From NCBI GenBank assembly GCA_945915275.1, contig CAMEEZ010000003.1, positions 1 through 58,056 of the forward strand: a stretch of DNA of 58,056 nucleotides. The letters run 5' to 3'. Within the stretch, counting starts at the first letter, position 1, and each line of letters starts with the position of its first letter. A program made the position numbers and the translations under genes. Positions 27,961-37,519 of the stretch are shown piece after piece. Below the pieces are notes generated by a model. The model saw nothing but the letters and a program-made list of their open reading frames with translations, did not search any database and was not told the DNA's origin. Source of the stretch: an uncultured Mycoplasma sp. GTDB taxonomy: Bacteria; Bacillota_I; Bacilli_A; RF39; UBA660.

Positions 27961-28480
27961 TTAATTTTCCTAAATATAGAACTAATGGATCAACTAATTC
28001 TAAAATCCCATTGATTAAAAAGAAATAACCAAATATTAAAATTTGAATTTTACTTGTATATGACAAATTAACAGCAGTTAGTAACCCAGTTAATATAAAT
28101 ATGGCAATTGATATCATTTGAATAATCCAAGCTTTATTCTTACGATCATTATAATAATCAGCTTTTTTTAATCTTACCAAAGATATAAATGCAACCCATA
28201 TCATAAGAACTATGGCAACATTAACATTTTGCTTTAAGTCTAAGAAACAACTTAATGTCATTATTAATAAAGATACTATAAAAGTTAAAATACTTTCTAT
28301 ATCTTTATCTTTATAAGTAATAATGAAACTTATTAAATTAAATAAAGCTATTAATCCAAAACTTGCTAAAAGCATTCTTTTTAAATTAATTATTCCTAAA
28401 ACTGGTAAAGTTAAATCAATTACACCAATTATTATTAATAATATTGCTAAAACTAATGGAGTTAGTTGCTTTTTATTCAT
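27944..28480 (-). CDS. polytopic membrane protein, hypothetical
   Basis: About 6 predicted TM helices. Start placed at ATG 28480 (GGTGA upstream); the track ORF uses a TTG at 28510. It overlaps the uppS stop and the methyltransferase start, so these are probably co-transcribed. Confidence 0.55.
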   Translation of the reverse strand: MNKKQLTPLVLAILLIIIGVIDLTLPVLGIINLKRMLLASFGLIALFNLISFIITYKDKDIESILTFIVSLLIMTLSCFLDLKQNVNVAIVLMIWVAFISLVRLKKADYYNDRKNKAWIIQMISIAIFILTGLLTAVNLSYTSKIQILIFGYFFLINGILELVDPLVLYLGKLNENNK

Positions 28481-29195
28481 TTTTTTCACCACTTTCTTTT
28501 GTTCCCCCAAAACGACGATCTCGTTTGTTGTATACTTCTAGTGCTTCATCAAAATCAGAATTTTTAAAGGCAGGAAAGTATATTTTAGGAAAATAAAATT
28601 CTGCATAACTTGCTTGCCAAAGCATAAATCCACTTAATCTATTTTCTCCACTTGTTCGAATGAGTAAATCTATCGGCGGTAATTCTTGATATAAGTAACT
28701 ATTAAACAATTCTTTTGTTATATCATCAGAGTCAATCTTTCCAATTTTAATATCTTCCACAATTCTTTTTGTCGCATCTATAATTTCACATTGAGAATCA
28801 TAATTTATACATATATTAAATATACCTTTAGTATTATCTTTAGTTGATACTTCAACTTCTTCGATAACTTTTATAACATCGTCTGGTAAAGGCGATTTTC
28901 TAATACCAGAAAAGACTATTTTTATATTTTCTTTATTCAACTCTTTTTGGTACCTTTTAAATCCTTTTACAAATAAATTCATTAAAAAGTCAACTTCTTT
29001 TTTACTACGTTTAAAATTTTCTACTGAAAAAGCATAAACACTAAATATTTTGACACCTTTATTAATAACATATTTACATAGATCGCATAAATTTTCAAAT
29101 CCTGCTTGATGTCCTTCACTTCGAGACATTCCTCTTTCTTTTGCCCATCTTCCATTTCCATCTAAAATGAAAGCAACATGATTGGGAATATTCAT
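28473..29195 (-). CDS. uppS: undecaprenyl diphosphate synthase (isoprenyl transferase)
   Basis: HVAFILDGNGRWAKERG, FSVENFKR and RTSGENRLSGFMLWQ. Confidence 0.92.
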   Translation of the reverse strand: MNIPNHVAFILDGNGRWAKERGMSRSEGHQAGFENLCDLCKYVINKGVKIFSVYAFSVENFKRSKKEVDFLMNLFVKGFKRYQKELNKENIKIVFSGIRKSPLPDDVIKVIEEVEVSTKDNTKGIFNICINYDSQCEIIDATKRIVEDIKIGKIDSDDITKELFNSYLYQELPPIDLLIRTSGENRLSGFMLWQASYAEFYFPKIYFPAFKNSDFDEALEVYNKRDRRFGGTKESGEKNE

Positions 29196-29282
29196 TTATC
29201 ACACCTCTTTAATTTTCTAATATATATAAATTATACTATAAATTTACCAAATATGATATAATTTTTATAGGATGGTGTTAAT

Positions 29283-30290
29283 GTGAAAATATTGGTTACA
29301 GGCGGTGCAGGATATATTGGCTCACATACTTGTGTCGAGCTTTTAAAAAACAATTACGAATTGGTAATATTAGATAATTTTTCAAATAGTGAGCCAAAAG
29401 TATTAGAAAATATTAAAAAAATTACTAATAAAGATTTTAAATTTTATGAAGGGAATTTAATTGACCAAAGATTATTAGAAAAAATATTTGAAAAAGAGAA
29501 CATAGATGCTGTTATTGATTTTGCCGCATATAAAGCTGTTGGGGAATCCGTAAGTAAACCAGTTGAATATTATATTAATAATGTATCTACAGTTTTAAAT
29601 CTTCTAAAAGTTATGAAAAAATATAAAGTGAAAAAATTTGTTTTCTCATCAAGTGCAACAGTTTATGGAAATCCAAAAATTATTCCCATTACTGAAGATT
29701 GTGAGATTGGTGGAACTACTAATCCATACGGAACAAGCAAATTAATGTGTGAAACTATTTTAAAAGATTTATATAATTCAGACAATTCTTGGAATATAGC
29801 TATTTTAAGATACTTTAATCCCGTTGGTGCTCACAAATCAGGTTTAATCGGAGAAAGTCCAGTTGGAAAGCCAAATAACCTAATGCCTTTTGTTTCTAAA
29901 GTTGCCAAAGGTGAGCTTGAGTGTTTAAAAATTTTTGGAAATGATTATGATACACCTGATGGAACTGGAGTTAGAGATTATATTCACGTGGTTGATTTAG
30001 CTATTGGACATATCAAAGCATTAGAAAAACTTAATAAAGAAAATAAAGGATTATATATTTATAATCTTGGAACTGGTACTGGATATAGTGTTCTAGATAT
30101 CGTTAAAACATTTGAAAAAGTCAATAAAGTTAAAGTTAAATATGAAATTACGGAAAGGCGCGAAGGCGATATTGCTTTATGTTACTCTGATCCAACCAAA
30201 AGCTTTAAAGAGTTAAATTTTAAAGCCTCTAAAACTCTTGAAGATATGTGTAGAGATTCATGGAATTTTGAAAAAAATTATAAAAAATAA
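29283..30290 (+). CDS. galE: UDP-glucose 4-epimerase
   Basis: MKILVTGGAGYIGSH, SSSATVYG, YGTSKLMCE (YxxxK) and RYFNPVGAH. GTG start. Confidence 0.9.
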   Translation: MKILVTGGAGYIGSHTCVELLKNNYELVILDNFSNSEPKVLENIKKITNKDFKFYEGNLIDQRLLEKIFEKENIDAVIDFAAYKAVGESVSKPVEYYINNVSTVLNLLKVMKKYKVKKFVFSSSATVYGNPKIIPITEDCEIGGTTNPYGTSKLMCETILKDLYNSDNSWNIAILRYFNPVGAHKSGLIGESPVGKPNNLMPFVSKVAKGELECLKIFGNDYDTPDGTGVRDYIHVVDLAIGHIKALEKLNKENKGLYIYNLGTGTGYSVLDIVKTFEKVNKVKVKYEITERREGDIALCYSDPTKSFKELNFKASKTLEDMCRDSWNFEKNYKK

Positions 30291-30312
30291 AAAGTTTAAT
30301 TTTTCAAACTTT

Positions 30313-30930
30313 TTATTTTTTTTCTGTCGCATAAGCCACATTACTAACAACCGCAGCAAAATTTTTATTCATTGTTTCGTTTGGAGCGTTCTCATTAAGC
30401 CATAATCTTAATTCATATTTTACTTCTTCATCAGGATTTAAAACTCCATTAGCTAAAAGATAAGTATCTTTTATCGTAATACCCTTTTCATTGGTTAGAT
30501 TATCAAATAAATTCTCATCTATTTCTATCTTTTCTAAAGTATTTAAAATATTAGTATTAAACGTTGTATTTGTCGTTATATTCACTAAATTTGTTTTTAA
30601 ATATTCATCACTTAATGTATTATTTGCATCAGTTGTTAACGTAAGCTCATAAGTTGCTGCTATATTACAGGTGTTTTTTAGGACTACTATGTATGGAGAT
30701 AAACTTAATCCTTTTTCATCAGTTAAAGGGTAAGTATTAATTAGATTTATACTAGAGCTTTTTTCGTCAAACACATCTATATATGATAATGAGAAACATC
30801 CACTAATAATTTTATTAGAGGTTTCTTGAGAATCAGAAATTGTCCAAAGAGCATAACTAGATCCAAGAGTTGTAGAAGCTGCTAGCAATATTCCAATAAT
30901 TAATAATGAAATTTTATACCCTAACTTCAT
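30313..30930 (-). CDS. secreted/anchored hypothetical protein
   Basis: The N-terminus MKLGYKISLLIIGILLAASTTLGSSYALWTISD loosely resembles TasA/SipW-type signals (..GTYAYFTD). The remainder is Thr/Asn-rich and beta-type. Confidence 0.5.
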   Translation of the reverse strand: MKLGYKISLLIIGILLAASTTLGSSYALWTISDSQETSNKIISGCFSLSYIDVFDEKSSSINLINTYPLTDEKGLSLSPYIVVLKNTCNIAATYELTLTTDANNTLSDEYLKTNLVNITTNTTFNTNILNTLEKIEIDENLFDNLTNEKGITIKDTYLLANGVLNPDEEVKYELRLWLNENAPNETMNKNFAAVVSNVAYATEKK

Positions 30931-31041
30931 AATTATGCCCTCCTATTATTACCTTTATTATAAGATATTTTTTATAATTTGAAAAGCATTTATTATTTTA
31001 TGTCAAAATTTGACACAAACAAAAAAGCAAAATGTAAAATT

Positions 31042-32454
31042 TTACTCTTTATTCTTATATATATGACCATCTAAACTAAAACTTTTAGCGTCATCTATTT
31101 TAACTTTTATAATTTTTCCAATTGTATCTTTTGAAGCTTCAATATTTACAAGTTTCATTCCTTCGGTATATCCATATACTTTATCTTCATCTTTTTCGTT
31201 TATTCCCAAAACTAAGACTTTAACAACTTTATTTAATAATCTTTTATTACTTTGTAATGAATAATTATTAATTTTTTCATTTAATATTTGTAATCTTCTT
31301 TCTTTTTCTTCTAATGGAATAGAGTCTTTAATTTTACTTGCCGGAGTTCCTTCTCTTGGTGAATAAATAAAGGTAAATGCTCCATCAAACTTGCATGTGT
31401 CTACAACTTCTAATGTTTCATTAAAATCTTCTTCTGTTTCATTTGGAAACCCTACAATAATATCAGTAGTGATTGTGGCGTTAGGAACCTTATTCTTAAT
31501 TTTATTAAATAGTTCTAGATAATCTTCTTTGGAATATCTTCTTCCCATTAATCTCAAAATATTAGTTGATCCTGATTGCAATGGTAAGTGAATATAAGGC
31601 ATTATATTTTCATATTTGGCAATAACATCAATCATTTCATCTGTAAAATCCCATGGATGAGAAGTTACAAATCTAATTCTTTCAATGCCTGTTTGTGCAA
31701 CACTTCTAAGTAAACTTGAAAAATCTTCAGGTATTTCTAAGTCTTTTCCATAGGCATTAACATTTTGACCTAAAAGTGTTATTTCTTTATAACCTTTTTC
31801 TTTTAAATCTGTGACTTCTTTTAAAATATCACTAGATTTACGGCTTCTTTGTTTTCCTCTTGTGTATGGAACAATACAATATGTACAAAATTTATCACAA
31901 CCATACATAATATTAACCCAAGCAGTAATTTTTGAGTCTCTGCTATAAGGAATATTTTCAAAAACATTACCCTCATTAGAATATACTTCAATTTGTTGTT
32001 TTTGAGTTCTATCAATTATTAACTTAGGTAAATCTTGAATATTATGAGTACCAAATACTATGTCTACATAAGGGTGTTTATTTATTATTTCATTTACGAC
32101 CCCTTCTTCTTGAGACATGCACCCACCTATAGCAATAATAAGGTCTGGCTTTTCTTTTTTTAGATGTTTACATCTTCCTAAAAATCCAAATACTTTATCA
32201 TGAGCATTTTCTCTAATTGCACAAGTATTTAATACAATCAAATCTGCTTCTTCTAAAGTTTCAACAGAAGAAAATCCTAAAGATTCTAAATAACTACGTA
32301 TCGCTTCAGAATCATGAACATTCATTTGGCATCCATAAGTTCTTAAAAAGAATTTTTTATTATTAAAAGATTTTTGATATTCATCATTTAAATAAATAAA
32401 TTCAACTTTCTCTTTGGTTCTTTTTTTAGCATCTTGATAATTTGGCAAACGCAT
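31042..32454 (-). CDS. miaB: tRNA-i6A37 methylthiotransferase
   Basis: UPF0004 domain (FLRTYGCQMNVHDSE), radical-SAM CDKFCTYCIVP and a C-terminal TRAM domain. Confidence 0.9.
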   Translation of the reverse strand: MRLPNYQDAKKRTKEKVEFIYLNDEYQKSFNNKKFFLRTYGCQMNVHDSEAIRSYLESLGFSSVETLEEADLIVLNTCAIRENAHDKVFGFLGRCKHLKKEKPDLIIAIGGCMSQEEGVVNEIINKHPYVDIVFGTHNIQDLPKLIIDRTQKQQIEVYSNEGNVFENIPYSRDSKITAWVNIMYGCDKFCTYCIVPYTRGKQRSRKSSDILKEVTDLKEKGYKEITLLGQNVNAYGKDLEIPEDFSSLLRSVAQTGIERIRFVTSHPWDFTDEMIDVIAKYENIMPYIHLPLQSGSTNILRLMGRRYSKEDYLELFNKIKNKVPNATITTDIIVGFPNETEEDFNETLEVVDTCKFDGAFTFIYSPREGTPASKIKDSIPLEEKERRLQILNEKINNYSLQSNKRLLNKVVKVLVLGINEKDEDKVYGYTEGMKLVNIEASKDTIGKIIKVKIDDAKSFSLDGHIYKNKE

Positions 32455-32528
32455 AATACCACTTCTTTCAGTGATTAGTATATCAAAAAAAAAGAATTAA
32501 GAAAAGTTATATATTTCTTAATCTCTTA

Positions 32529-34400
32529 CTATCTTTTATAACTATAAAACTTTTTCCCTGTTATATATGAGTAATAATTTATATAGTCATTATCTTTAGT
32601 AATAAAATACTCATGCATAAATTGAGGTTCGGAATCTACAGTGGTAATATATTTAAATGTCTCTGAATTATAAATTTTATATTCTCCGTTTTTCTCATAA
32701 GTGTATATTCTATTTATTTCATCTAAATCTAAATATACTATATTCTTATCTTCCAATAAAATTTTACCATTTTTATCAAGTAAAACATCTCTTAATCCTT
32801 TATTTGCATTTCTTACTTTCAAAAGCATTATATCTTCATTATATAATGTAACTAATGATAGTTCTTCATCTTGACTAATTGGCAATTTTATTTTATTACC
32901 ATTAGAATCATAAAATTCAGAAGTAAATTCAACGCTAAAATCATCTAATATTTTAGATGTAATTACAGCAAAATTACCGTCTGATACTATCTCTATTGTT
33001 GGATTTTCTATAATCTTAGTACCATCTTTTTTTACCACCATACTATAATTAACACCATAAAAGTTACATTCGCCATATGGATAATTATTTAATAAGTATA
33101 TATCATTACTTGATTTAGGACTTTCCCAACACTTATAAGTTGTAGGAACACCATTACTATAAATTGTTGTTGTTTTTAAATCGTCATCATAAGTCGCATA
33201 ATTATCTTTATCAATAAATTCAACATTTAATAGTGGATTTTCTGTTCTAATACTTCCATCGTCATTTACAAAATATGATGTATTACCTGAACAAATTAAT
33301 GTCCCATCTTCTAAAAATTCAAATTCACACTCAACACCATAATCATCTTGGCTTTTTTCATATTTTTTGATTCCATTTTCATATAATATGTAATTATCAT
33401 AGGAAGTGAAAATTACTTTTTCATAATTATCTCCAAAGTGAGTTTCATATTTATATTCTGGAGAAACATTTAATTTCATTATTTGTTCTTCTTTTTCCGT
33501 ATCAAAAATATAAATTTCACTAATATCCAATCTTTCTTTAAAAAACTTTATCATAATATCATTTCCCAATTTATAATTATAGTCTACAATGGGATATTGA
33601 GTTTCATCTTCTGATTTTTCTAAATAAAAAACTTCATCTAACTTTGTATTTAATCCATAATATTTATTATCTTTTAAATATAATAAGAATTTTGGGAAGA
33701 TAGAATCTGAAAATACACCGGTCACTCCAGTTAATATAACCTTTCCTTCTTTATTAAATAATTCTCCCGTATCTTTTCCTTTTTCTTTTACAAAAAAATA
33801 TCCCATATGTAAATCAACATTTACATTATCACTTGGTTCAAATATGACATTACCTTTATTTCCAAGAATTTGTATTTTTTTATTATCTTTTTGTTCGGCT
33901 TTATAAACTCCATTGTTTCCATACAATGATGAATAAATAAAATCTGTATATTGTTCACCATTTTCATCAAACATCGCATTTAAGCCATTTGGAAGACTAA
34001 TTACAAAAGTTTTAGGATTTTCTAATTTTTCTGTTAAATTATTATTGAATTCTTTATACTGTTTTGAATTTCTTTTTTTATGATTTATCATTATAAATAA
34101 TCCAACTACTAATATAACCATTATAATAGCAATTATAATAATCACTAATTTTTTGTTATATTTCTTAGGATTTTGAGAAAGACTATTTTCATCAGTTGAT
34201 ACTAAATTTTGCGTTGTATTATCAGCTTGAATAGTTGAATCAATACTATTTAAATTATTTGTATTTACATTATTTTGACTTTCTAGATTGTTATTTATTG
34301 TATTATTATTTTGAATTAAATTATTTCCGCAATGCAAGCAAAATAATGATTCATTATTGTTTAAACTACCACAATTTGGACATATTTTCATATAAATCAT
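32529..34400 (-). CDS. zinc-ribbon / single-pass membrane protein with large extracytoplasmic repeat domain
   Basis: N-terminal CPNCGSLNNNESLFCLHCGN, an Asn/Gln-rich linker, TM KLVIIIIAIIMVILVVGLFIMI, then ~500 aa of WG-like beta repeats (GVYKAEQKDNKKIQILGNKGNVIF, GELFNKEGKVIL). Confidence 0.65.
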   Translation of the reverse strand: MIYMKICPNCGSLNNNESLFCLHCGNNLIQNNNTINNNLESQNNVNTNNLNSIDSTIQADNTTQNLVSTDENSLSQNPKKYNKKLVIIIIAIIMVILVVGLFIMINHKKRNSKQYKEFNNNLTEKLENPKTFVISLPNGLNAMFDENGEQYTDFIYSSLYGNNGVYKAEQKDNKKIQILGNKGNVIFEPSDNVNVDLHMGYFFVKEKGKDTGELFNKEGKVILTGVTGVFSDSIFPKFLLYLKDNKYYGLNTKLDEVFYLEKSEDETQYPIVDYNYKLGNDIMIKFFKERLDISEIYIFDTEKEEQIMKLNVSPEYKYETHFGDNYEKVIFTSYDNYILYENGIKKYEKSQDDYGVECEFEFLEDGTLICSGNTSYFVNDDGSIRTENPLLNVEFIDKDNYATYDDDLKTTTIYSNGVPTTYKCWESPKSSNDIYLLNNYPYGECNFYGVNYSMVVKKDGTKIIENPTIEIVSDGNFAVITSKILDDFSVEFTSEFYDSNGNKIKLPISQDEELSLVTLYNEDIMLLKVRNANKGLRDVLLDKNGKILLEDKNIVYLDLDEINRIYTYEKNGEYKIYNSETFKYITTVDSEPQFMHEYFITKDNDYINYYSYITGKKFYSYKR

Positions 34401-34479
34401 CAACACTCCCTTATTATTAAGATAATTTTATCAAAACTATTATTTTTCTTCAACTAAAAAAAGGAAATTATTTTCCTTT

Positions 34480-35367
34480 TTAAAATTTATTTCCACACAT
34501 GAAACAAATTGCATCATTTTGGTCTACTTGATTACCACAATTTGGACAGAACTTTTTATTTTGAACAGGTTCTGTCATAACCGGTTTAGAATCTACAGGT
34601 TCAGTAGCAATAGGTTGTGTTACTGTAGGTTCAACAACTTGTGTTTGTTGTACTGGTTCTATTACTGGAGATTCTACTACTGAAGCTGGTTGCATATTTG
34701 TAACTTGAGATGCAGGCGTTTCAACTACTGGTGTAGGTTGAACTTCATTAACTGGAATCACTGGTGTTTCAACAACAGGAGTTGGTTGAACTTCATTAAC
34801 TTGAGTTGTTGGAACTTGTTCAACTGTTTGAAGCGGAACACTTTGTACTTCAGGTTGTAAATTATTATTTTGAACAACGCTATTATTCATTCCAACACTT
34901 TGATTATAATCCATTCCCATATTTTGGATTGGGTGATTATTATTTTGGACAACATTTTGATTTACTGTATTATTCGTTGGTATATTCCCTTGGTATTGTG
35001 CATTTCCAAAAGCTAACATTGGTAAACAAACATATGGAAATAATACCATAGCTACTCCAAATCCAGTTGATTTACCAAACTTATGAGCAAATTCAATATA
35101 AGTTTTGAACATCGCATAGATATTAGCAAATGGTATAAAATATAATAATACATACCACATTGGTAATTCTGTGATTTGAATTATAACTATAAAATTATAA
35201 ATTGGAATTAAAGCTTCCCATCCTTTTCTTCCGGCTTTTTTAAATACTTTGTACATACATACTAGTAAAAATATACAAGCTAGCATTACTATAAACCATG
35301 TAATTGTTAAACCAACTAATATATCTCCTGTGGCATTAGTAGTTTGTACTTCATAAGAATAACTCAT
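34480..35367 (-). CDS. membrane protein with Pro/Thr/Val/Gln linker and C-terminal zinc ribbon
   Basis: N-terminal 3-4 TM segments, tandem NEVQPTPVVETP repeats and C-terminal CPNCGNQVDQNDAICFMCGN. Confidence 0.65.
   Translation of the reverse strand: MSYSYEVQTTNATGDILVGLTITWFIVMLACIFLLVCMYKVFKKAGRKGWEALIPIYNFIVIIQITELPMWYVLLYFIPFANIYAMFKTYIEFAHKFGKSTGFGVAMVLFPYVCLPMLAFGNAQYQGNIPTNNTVNQNVVQNNNHPIQNMGMDYNQSVGMNNSVVQNNNLQPEVQSVPLQTVEQVPTTQVNEVQPTPVVETPVIPVNEVQPTPVVETPASQVTNMQPASVVESPVIEPVQQTQVVEPTVTQPIATEPVDSKPVMTEPVQNKKFCPNCGNQVDQNDAICFMCGNKF
34705..34800. repeat. 48-nt imperfect tandem duplication (2 copies) inside CDS
   Basis: GTTTCAACTACTGGTGTAGGTTGAACTTCATTAAC (34718-34752) and GTTTCAACAACAGGAGTTGGTTGAACTTCATTAAC (34766-34800), giving a 48-nt period. 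They encode VNEVQPTPVVETP twice. Confidence 0.8.
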
Positions 35368-35384
35368 TTCTTTTACCTCTTCTC

Positions 35385-36236
35385 TTAATTAAACATATTC
35401 ATTATTTCTCCAAGGTCAATTGATGACATTGAATTCATAATTATAAAATATCCAATAATTGCTAATATTGTAATACTAGCAACATGAAAATAAATATTAA
35501 TATCTCCATTTTCAAATTTAGTGTTTTCATTAATTAAACCTATAAACATAATAAATGAATATATTAATCCAATAACAAATACTATAATATATAGTTCTGC
35601 CCAAATTTTACCTAATATAGGAGCTAAAACGCTACATAATACTATATTCGGTAAAAAAGATGTTGCAGTTACTGCTAATAGTTTTGAAAAATTTGTTGTT
35701 TTCTTAGCAACTAAACTAGCTAAATAATACACTCCAGCAATAGCTAATATTATTACAAAATTTATTATTAAATTTTTAAATATTAATGAAACAAAATCCA
35801 AATTTTCTAATAACTCAAATTTTATAGTAGTTTGCATTTTTGTTAATTCATAATTATACTCTTTAACTACAATTATGTTTAATATTGTTGTTATTAAATT
35901 AATAAACATCATTGCAAATGCTACAATACCACTTAAGATAAATGAATTTTTTAAATCAGCTAATTTATCTTCCTCATCTTTAAAAGTTTTTACTGGCTTT
36001 ATTATTGAATTAATAATATATTTCACAAAATTTAATAATGGTTTGCTAGATTGTGATACATTATTTTGAGGTGTTGCCACTATTTGAGGATTATTAAAAT
36101 CTTGTGGTTGATTTGTAATATTATTATTCACTATTGGTGGATTATTAGGAGTAACAGCTGCTCCTAATATATTTCCACATTTAACACAAAATTTTGCGCT
36201 TTCATTATTTAAATTTCCACATTTAGAACAATTCAT
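35385..36236 (-). CDS. zinc-ribbon plus Yip1-like polytopic membrane protein
   Basis: N-terminal CSKCGNLNNESAKFCVKCGN followed by 5 TM helices. Start placed at MNCSKCG, with AGGAGA overlapping the TAG stop of the upstream SPFH gene. The track ORF extends to 36263. Confidence 0.65.
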   Translation of the reverse strand: MNCSKCGNLNNESAKFCVKCGNILGAAVTPNNPPIVNNNITNQPQDFNNPQIVATPQNNVSQSSKPLLNFVKYIINSIIKPVKTFKDEEDKLADLKNSFILSGIVAFAMMFINLITTILNIIVVKEYNYELTKMQTTIKFELLENLDFVSLIFKNLIINFVIILAIAGVYYLASLVAKKTTNFSKLLAVTATSFLPNIVLCSVLAPILGKIWAELYIIVFVIGLIYSFIMFIGLINENTKFENGDINIYFHVASITILAIIGYFIIMNSMSSIDLGEIMNMFN

Positions 36237-36244
36237 CATATCTC

Positions 36245-37501
36245 CTATAATTGTGTTCCACATTCACTACAAAATTTTCCAGTAGCTGCAGCATTACCAC
36301 AATTTGGACATCCAGTTTTAGTTACTGTTGGCTCACTTACTGGAGCAGTTGGTTCACTAGCTTCTGCAACTGCAGTAGTTGGCTCATTAACTGGTGCAGA
36401 TGGCGCACTTTGAATTCCACCAAATACTGTTCCTGGTTGAGGATCAACTGGACCTGTAGGTTGAACTGGTGTTGCTTGATTTGGGAATCCTTGAACAGCT
36501 CCCATCATATTAGCACCTTGCATTTGACCCATGCCCATACCCATGAATCCCATCATAGCACCTGCTTCATTACCTGCTGCTGTTTTCATTGCTTCAGCGC
36601 TAGCTGCAGCCATTGTTCCTGCCATATTTTGACTATAAACTTGACCCATACGAGTTGTTCTAGCAATATCAGCATCCATTTCTTGAATTATTTTTCTTGA
36701 AGCTTCTGATGCATTTACTCTTAAAGCAACATCAGAAACAATAATTCCATATTTTTGATGCCATTCATCATCTAAGATTTGATTCATTTGATCAGTTACA
36801 TCTGTTTTATAACTTTGAATTCTATTAAATGAAACATTATGCATAGTCATAATATTTGAAATTGCTTCACTTACTTTTTGAGCAAATCTGCTTTTTAAAA
36901 TATTTTGTCCACCATCTGTAACAAAAATATCATCATAAGTTAATGTATCTTTGGGATTTGCCCCAATTATGTTATTTACTAAAATAATTGGATCATTAAC
37001 TTGAATACCATATTCACCATTGTAAGTTATTTCTACACTTCCATATACTGGATCAAAAATCGTTTCAGGTTGAGCTGATCCAAATGTATTTCCTGGTATT
37101 ACCTTAGTATTAACAAAATATACTCTTTGATCTTTAGCTTCTTGACCACCATATGTAAAACGTGCTCCAATTGTTTTAAATGTGTTAATAAGACCTTGAC
37201 CTAATCCTCCAGTAAAAATGCTTGGCTCACTACTTGTATCCCAAGTATAAGTTCCAGGTTCTGCAGAAAATTCTACAATCTTCCCATTATCAATAATCAT
37301 CATTGCCATACCTTGTGGAACAGCAATTGTACTTCCATTTGATATTACTCCTTCAGAAGCATTTTTATTGCCATCACCATGCTTTACAATACCTCTTTGA
37401 ATAATAACATTATTCTCTACTTGTGGACATTCCACAAATTCTTTAAATTGATCTCCAAATCCAGATGATACTGAACTTAATGCTGCTTTAATTAATCCCA
37501 T
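36245..37501 (-). CDS. SPFH/band-7 protein with C-terminal zinc ribbon (COG4260, B. subtilis YdjI type)
   Basis: The N-terminus MGLIKAALSSVSSGFGDQFKEFVECP and the SPFH core are typical of YdjI-like 'virion core protein-like' proteins. It has a Met/Gly/Ala/Pro-rich tail and then CPNCGNAAATGKFCSECGT. Confidence 0.7.
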   Translation of the reverse strand: MGLIKAALSSVSSGFGDQFKEFVECPQVENNVIIQRGIVKHGDGNKNASEGVISNGSTIAVPQGMAMMIIDNGKIVEFSAEPGTYTWDTSSEPSIFTGGLGQGLINTFKTIGARFTYGGQEAKDQRVYFVNTKVIPGNTFGSAQPETIFDPVYGSVEITYNGEYGIQVNDPIILVNNIIGANPKDTLTYDDIFVTDGGQNILKSRFAQKVSEAISNIMTMHNVSFNRIQSYKTDVTDQMNQILDDEWHQKYGIIVSDVALRVNASEASRKIIQEMDADIARTTRMGQVYSQNMAGTMAAASAEAMKTAAGNEAGAMMGFMGMGMGQMQGANMMGAVQGFPNQATPVQPTGPVDPQPGTVFGGIQSAPSAPVNEPTTAVAEASEPTAPVSEPTVTKTGCPNCGNAAATGKFCSECGTQL

Positions 37502-37519
37502 AAATATCCTTCTTTCCTT

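Noticed and set aside
31001-31015. Palindrome TGTCAA-AAT-TTGACA upstream of 30313-30930
   Set aside because: It is only 6 bp per arm in very AT-rich DNA and also reads as two facing -35 hexamers. That is insufficient to call an operator.
31821-32015. 64-aa minus-strand ORF inside miaB in another frame
   Set aside because: It overlaps the radical-SAM core of miaB out of frame. This is a chance ORF.
36251-36700. 149-aa plus-strand ORF rich in Cys/Ser/Trp
   Set aside because: It is antisense to the GC-richer Ala/Gly/Pro/Met tail of the SPFH gene. It has no RBS, and its composition is an artefact of the opposite strand's codons.
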